A DNA stretch of 64,000 bases from Eledone cirrhosa (Eukaryota). A model generated the notes under the pieces. That model was not told where the DNA came from. It did no database searches and saw nothing but the letters and a program-made list of their open reading frames with translations. Where the stretch lies: positions 150,226,001 to 150,290,000 of the forward strand of contig OZ024743.1 of NCBI GenBank assembly GCA_964016885.1, written 5' to 3'. The position numbers and the translations under genes are program-made. Below are positions 59,700 through 64,000 of the stretch, one piece after another (position 1 is the first letter of the stretch; every line of letters starts with the position of its first letter).

Positions 59700-61900
59700 T
59701 TATCTCTTGGACAGTTTCCATCTAAAACAGCCACGGGCGACGGTTATTGCTTATTTAGAGTCTTATTATTCTTGCTTTATAACAATATCAATCACTGAAC
59801 TGCATGCGAAGAAACCTTACAGCACACAGAATAGGGGGTATTTTTATCCTCCCATTCTTAGCAAGCATAGTGCAGGAATATAAAACATGCACGAGTAGAG
59901 ATGGGACATACGGCAATAATGTTGAATCGGTTTCTATAAGGGAATTGTACAATGTAGCAATTCAAATGCATCGCAAAAATGGCAATGAAATTATTGTTCC
60001 TGCGTTCATAATAAGCGGTCGAGCGCTTCAGGAAAAAACATATCCGTATTATATAGTGGACAAACCGACAATGGATACTACGATGCTTTCTTTCACTTAT
60101 GGTATCTTGAAAGAAATATCGGTAGAAAGAAAAGAATGGGACGTGATAAAACAACTGAACATAATAGTAAGAAAATATCAGAAAAAGTGAAAAAAATATA
60201 ATTGTTACAAAGACTGAGGGACTATGATAGGAAGAAGAGAGAACAAAAACGTTATAAACAGGGAAATATTACCGAAAATGAAGGAAGCTTATGGAAATAA
60301 AAATGCACTAAAAGGGGGATAATGAATAGAATTGCAAAAAAGGGATATAGAAAGAATAAAGAGAATGAAGAAGACAAAAAAAATAGTTTTAAAAATAATA
60401 TCCTCACTAAAAAGTAAGAACGAATGTAATGGTATGGTACTGCTCTTAATTATGGTACTAACCTTGATTTGGCGTCTGAAAGAAAATGTGTCCTGCGTGT
60501 TATATGCGAAACCTGTGATAAAATATCATTAGGTATATGTTATAATGGTAAGGTCTATTTGCTTATAATTGAACCACCGGAACTTATGTGTCGTATTTTT
60601 GGCACCACTTCAGAATCAAAACAATTTCTGAAAAATATTGAATCGTACAATAGTGCTTCTCAAATGACACCGTTGGGGTAAAACTTATTAGGTAACCTAT
60701 ATTTATGCTAACTTTTATAATGCAAGGAAAAATTCATCATAGAATCGGTTCTCATTAGATTTAAAAAAAAATAAAGAGCAACTATTTTTACTGATACATT
60801 TTTTTTGTGTGGCGGACATAGAAAAAGAATCACAATGTTGCAACAAAAACCTTTCATGCATAAGATTAGAAATTATTTTTAAAAAACGCTTCATGAAAAC
60901 AATTTTTATATCACAAGTTTTCAGTATATTTTAGAATGTATTTCAATTCTGAAATTGTAGGTTGTCAATGACGACAAAAAACCCGAGAGCATATCTGTCG
61001 ATTTAATATTGTTAGGTGTAATAGAGTGGCAATTGCTATTGTTAGATAACATCATGGCAAACTAGTTGTCGTGACATTAGTATTAAATAAAACTCATCAT
61101 CAATACAATGCTTTACAGTATCCTTTGATTTTTATCAGTAAAGTGGGTATGATTTCGGTATATCACAAGCTGGTTGGGCCCCTTCTAAGAAGACTGCATA
61201 CTGTAAGGTTTATTATGCTTACCAATTGATGATTCTATATAGTTCGATTGATCACCTTCCCCACAATCAAGATCTTTCTCACCAACATAATACTGATATG
61301 TCCGCCAAAATAGAGCCGGAGCGAGTGTGAAGCATAAAACGGCATAAAAAAGAACAACGTTGAGAATTCTATATGTATTAACGAGATATCATTAACAATG
61401 ATAAGGCTGGGAGAGAGCTCGGACAACTGTTGTTCTCTCACCAGTTTTTTACAGAAAGTCCGTTATATATATATGAACACAGATATTGCAATATATTAGT
61501 AGCAATAAGGTTTTTGGAGATTACTTGGCTTCCCTTATTCATGAACGATATTCAGTTCAACAACTGGCTGCTCACTTAGAGAATGAACCAATAATTTAGA
61601 TTACTGCAGAAACTGCTGCTCAGTAAACCCCAAGCCCAAAGGAATATTACAATATCAAACATTTATGTTAGACCCCTTTTGTAGTATCTATTACTGTTCT
61701 ATTATACATGAAACGACAAACAATGAAATCACACATGCAAGAAAAACAAAAACCAAAAAAAAACAGGCCATGAAGCTAGTTATTTTGATATATAATTTGA
61801 TAATAGAAAGAGTTTATACTGGACATCCAATTGACCAGGGATGCTGTTAATAACCATTTTACGCTTCTTATAGAGAAGCTTCTTTTAGGTTAATATTGCT
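59700..61900 (+). mobile_element. Heavily decayed Helitron with OTU protease-like remnant
   Basis: TGDGYCLFRVL (59733-59765), CYNGKVYL..PP..FLKNIESYNSASQMT, QGKIHHRIGS, YNALQYPLIF, IHERY..QLAAHLEN. Confidence 0.75.
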
Positions 61901-62611
61901 ACTGGGTGAATGGTCGTTATTATATGAGAGCTATATCAGAGGCTTCACAGAAAGAATGAAGCCCAAGACCATTGCTTGTTAATCTATTCAGAAAATAGGA
62001 TTTATGAGATCCAGTGGAATAGAATGGGCCTGTAAATTTCAACGATGAATGTTCCAATTGTTTGATCAATATAACAGCCAGCCTGCTCATGAAATTAAGA
62101 TGTAAGTGGCTGAGCATTCCATAGACACATGAACCCTTAACGTAATTCTCAGGGAGATTCCGTGTGACGCAATGTGTGACAAGACTGGCCCATTAAATGA
62201 CAAACACAGTTCACCCGACGGGCTTCCAAATGGGTTTCCGTCTACCCAATGTTATTAAAAACGCTTGAATCTACCTGAGGCTCCAGTAAATAATTCTTGC
62301 TCAAGATGTCATGCATGGTTGGTAAACTGTCATTTAATGATTGTGAAGTGAACTTCTGAACTATTCGAAGTGAACTTCTGAACTATAAGTATCAATATAA
62401 TTAAAGTACAGAACTGGTCATGCAGATGAATACTTAAATTAGATTTAGTTGCAACGTCCTGGTAGGAAAATAGAATGCATTGATGAAACAGCATGCAGTT
62501 TTAATCCTCTTTAATTGTTAAGTGGTCTTTCGTAGAAAGGAATGAATTGTTAGAGTATGGACTCCCTTAAATTGATCATTCTAAAGTCGATAGTTTCACA
62601 AAAGAAATATA

Positions 62612-62668
<57 letters not shown>

Positions 62669-62789
62669 GATAACAAAATATATCGTTATATGTAATCCAG
62701 TTAGAGGTTGTGAATACTTCTTATTATGGATAGTTTTAGCGTACGGCTTTATTTGACTCAACAAGAAGTTTACGTTGATGGCGAGTTTA

Positions 62790-64000
62790 TGATTTAACTT
62801 CTATTCCTATGTAAGTTTATCTTGGAGTAATAAAATTGGAAAAATGTGAAGAATAGCAGTACAAAAAAGGGGAATTTATTTAGTCTAACAATTGTTTCTC
62901 TGATTGAGTTGTCTAAAAATTGCTGAACACTAGAAGCAGTGCCACTCAATTTTAAATACGATGCTAGCTCAATCATGTCATCAGAAAAATCCTACACAAA
63001 TTTAGAAGAACAGGCGTGGGAAGACATCTCTATAGGACAGCACCCAATAAATCTCATAAATGGAAATCTCCTGGTAGAGACAGGGTGCCAAATTTCTGGC
63101 TTTCCTCACTCCCGTGCACTCACAATATATTGGTCAAGCTGTTTAATGGAATTATGAAAGATCCAAAAAATACACCTGATTGGATAGCAAGTGGCATTAC
63201 CTACCTTCTACCAAAGAACAACGAAACCAAAGATCCAAAAAACTATCGGCCCATAACCTGCTTGTCCACCACTTATAAACTATTAACCTCTATTCTCATG
63301 GAAAAAGCATACGTGTTTTTGGAGGAGAACAATCTTTTCCTCATTGAACAAAAAGGGTGCCGACGAGGTTCATATGGTTGCAAAGATCAACTTTTGATTA
63401 ATCGTATGATCCTTGAGAACTCATAATAAACACAGAAATCTCAGTTCTGCATGGATCGATTATAAAAAAGCCTTTGACAGCATACCACACGCATGGATTC
63501 TGAAATCACTGGACATCTTCAAAATCTCACCTGTGATCTCAAATTTCATGAAACACAATATGTCATTATGGAACACAAATCTCCAATTGTCTCATTCACT
63601 GGGGTACTCTGCTCTAGGAATATAAACATCAACTGTGGTATATTCCAAGGTGACTCACTTTCACCCTTGCTTTTCTGCATAGCTTTAATACGCCTTACAT
63701 CCGAACTTAATAGAACAGGGTACGGTTATAGAATTGACAACAAAAAAATAAGCCACATATTTTATATGGATGATTTGAAGCTATATTGCAAAGATAATGA
63801 CGAACTGGAAGGCCTTTTGCGGACAGTAACAACGTTTAGCGATGACATCAGGATGGAGCTTGGACTTGACAAATGTGCAAAAGCCACCTTCAAGAAGAGG
63901 AAGCTTGTCAACTCAGATTCAGTTGAATTGGATGCTGAAACAATCATAAAGGAACTTGAGCAGGAACAAACCTATAAATACTTAGGGATTAATGAGGGCT
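62790..64000 (+). mobile_element. R4/Dong-clade non-LTR retrotransposon RT remnant (frameshifted)
   Basis: WKSPGRDRVPNFWL, GITYLLPK..DPKNYRPITCL, EQKGCRRGSYGCKDQLLI, WIDYKKAFDSIPH, GIFQGDSLSPLLFC, FYMDDLKLY. Confidence 0.88.

Noticed and set aside
62417-62463. CAGATGA...GCAACGTC hammerhead-like remnant
   Set aside because: Both core boxes are mutated; too weak to call.

Overview
AT-rich eukaryotic DNA, most likely an octopod cephalopod, inferred from the recognisable tRNA-derived SINEs and RTE 3' tails. No host protein-coding exon could be supported. The window is almost entirely transposon-derived: three Helitrons (one with an OTU protease remnant), at least seven Penelope-like element (PLE) remnants, several RTE/CR1/R4 LINE remnants, mariner/piggyBac-type MITEs, many SINEs and long (TA)n microsatellites. 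The main signal is an unusual density of type-I hammerhead ribozyme (HHR) motifs, about 20 motifs from roughly 10 unrelated repeat families. They include (i) a tandem 428/430-bp retrozyme-like array at 44.9-46.0 kb predicted to self-cleave into unit-length, possibly circular, RNAs; (ii) HHRs with the compensatory U3:A8 core in two independent families; and (iii) HHRs with very long stem II inserts, two of them inside a 1.1-kb palindrome. Several insertions also record template switching or fold-back during retrotransposition (PLE-RTE chimera with twin-priming geometry, SINE carrying a copy of nearby DNA). All ribozyme calls are by-eye motif and base-pairing matches; activity is untested.
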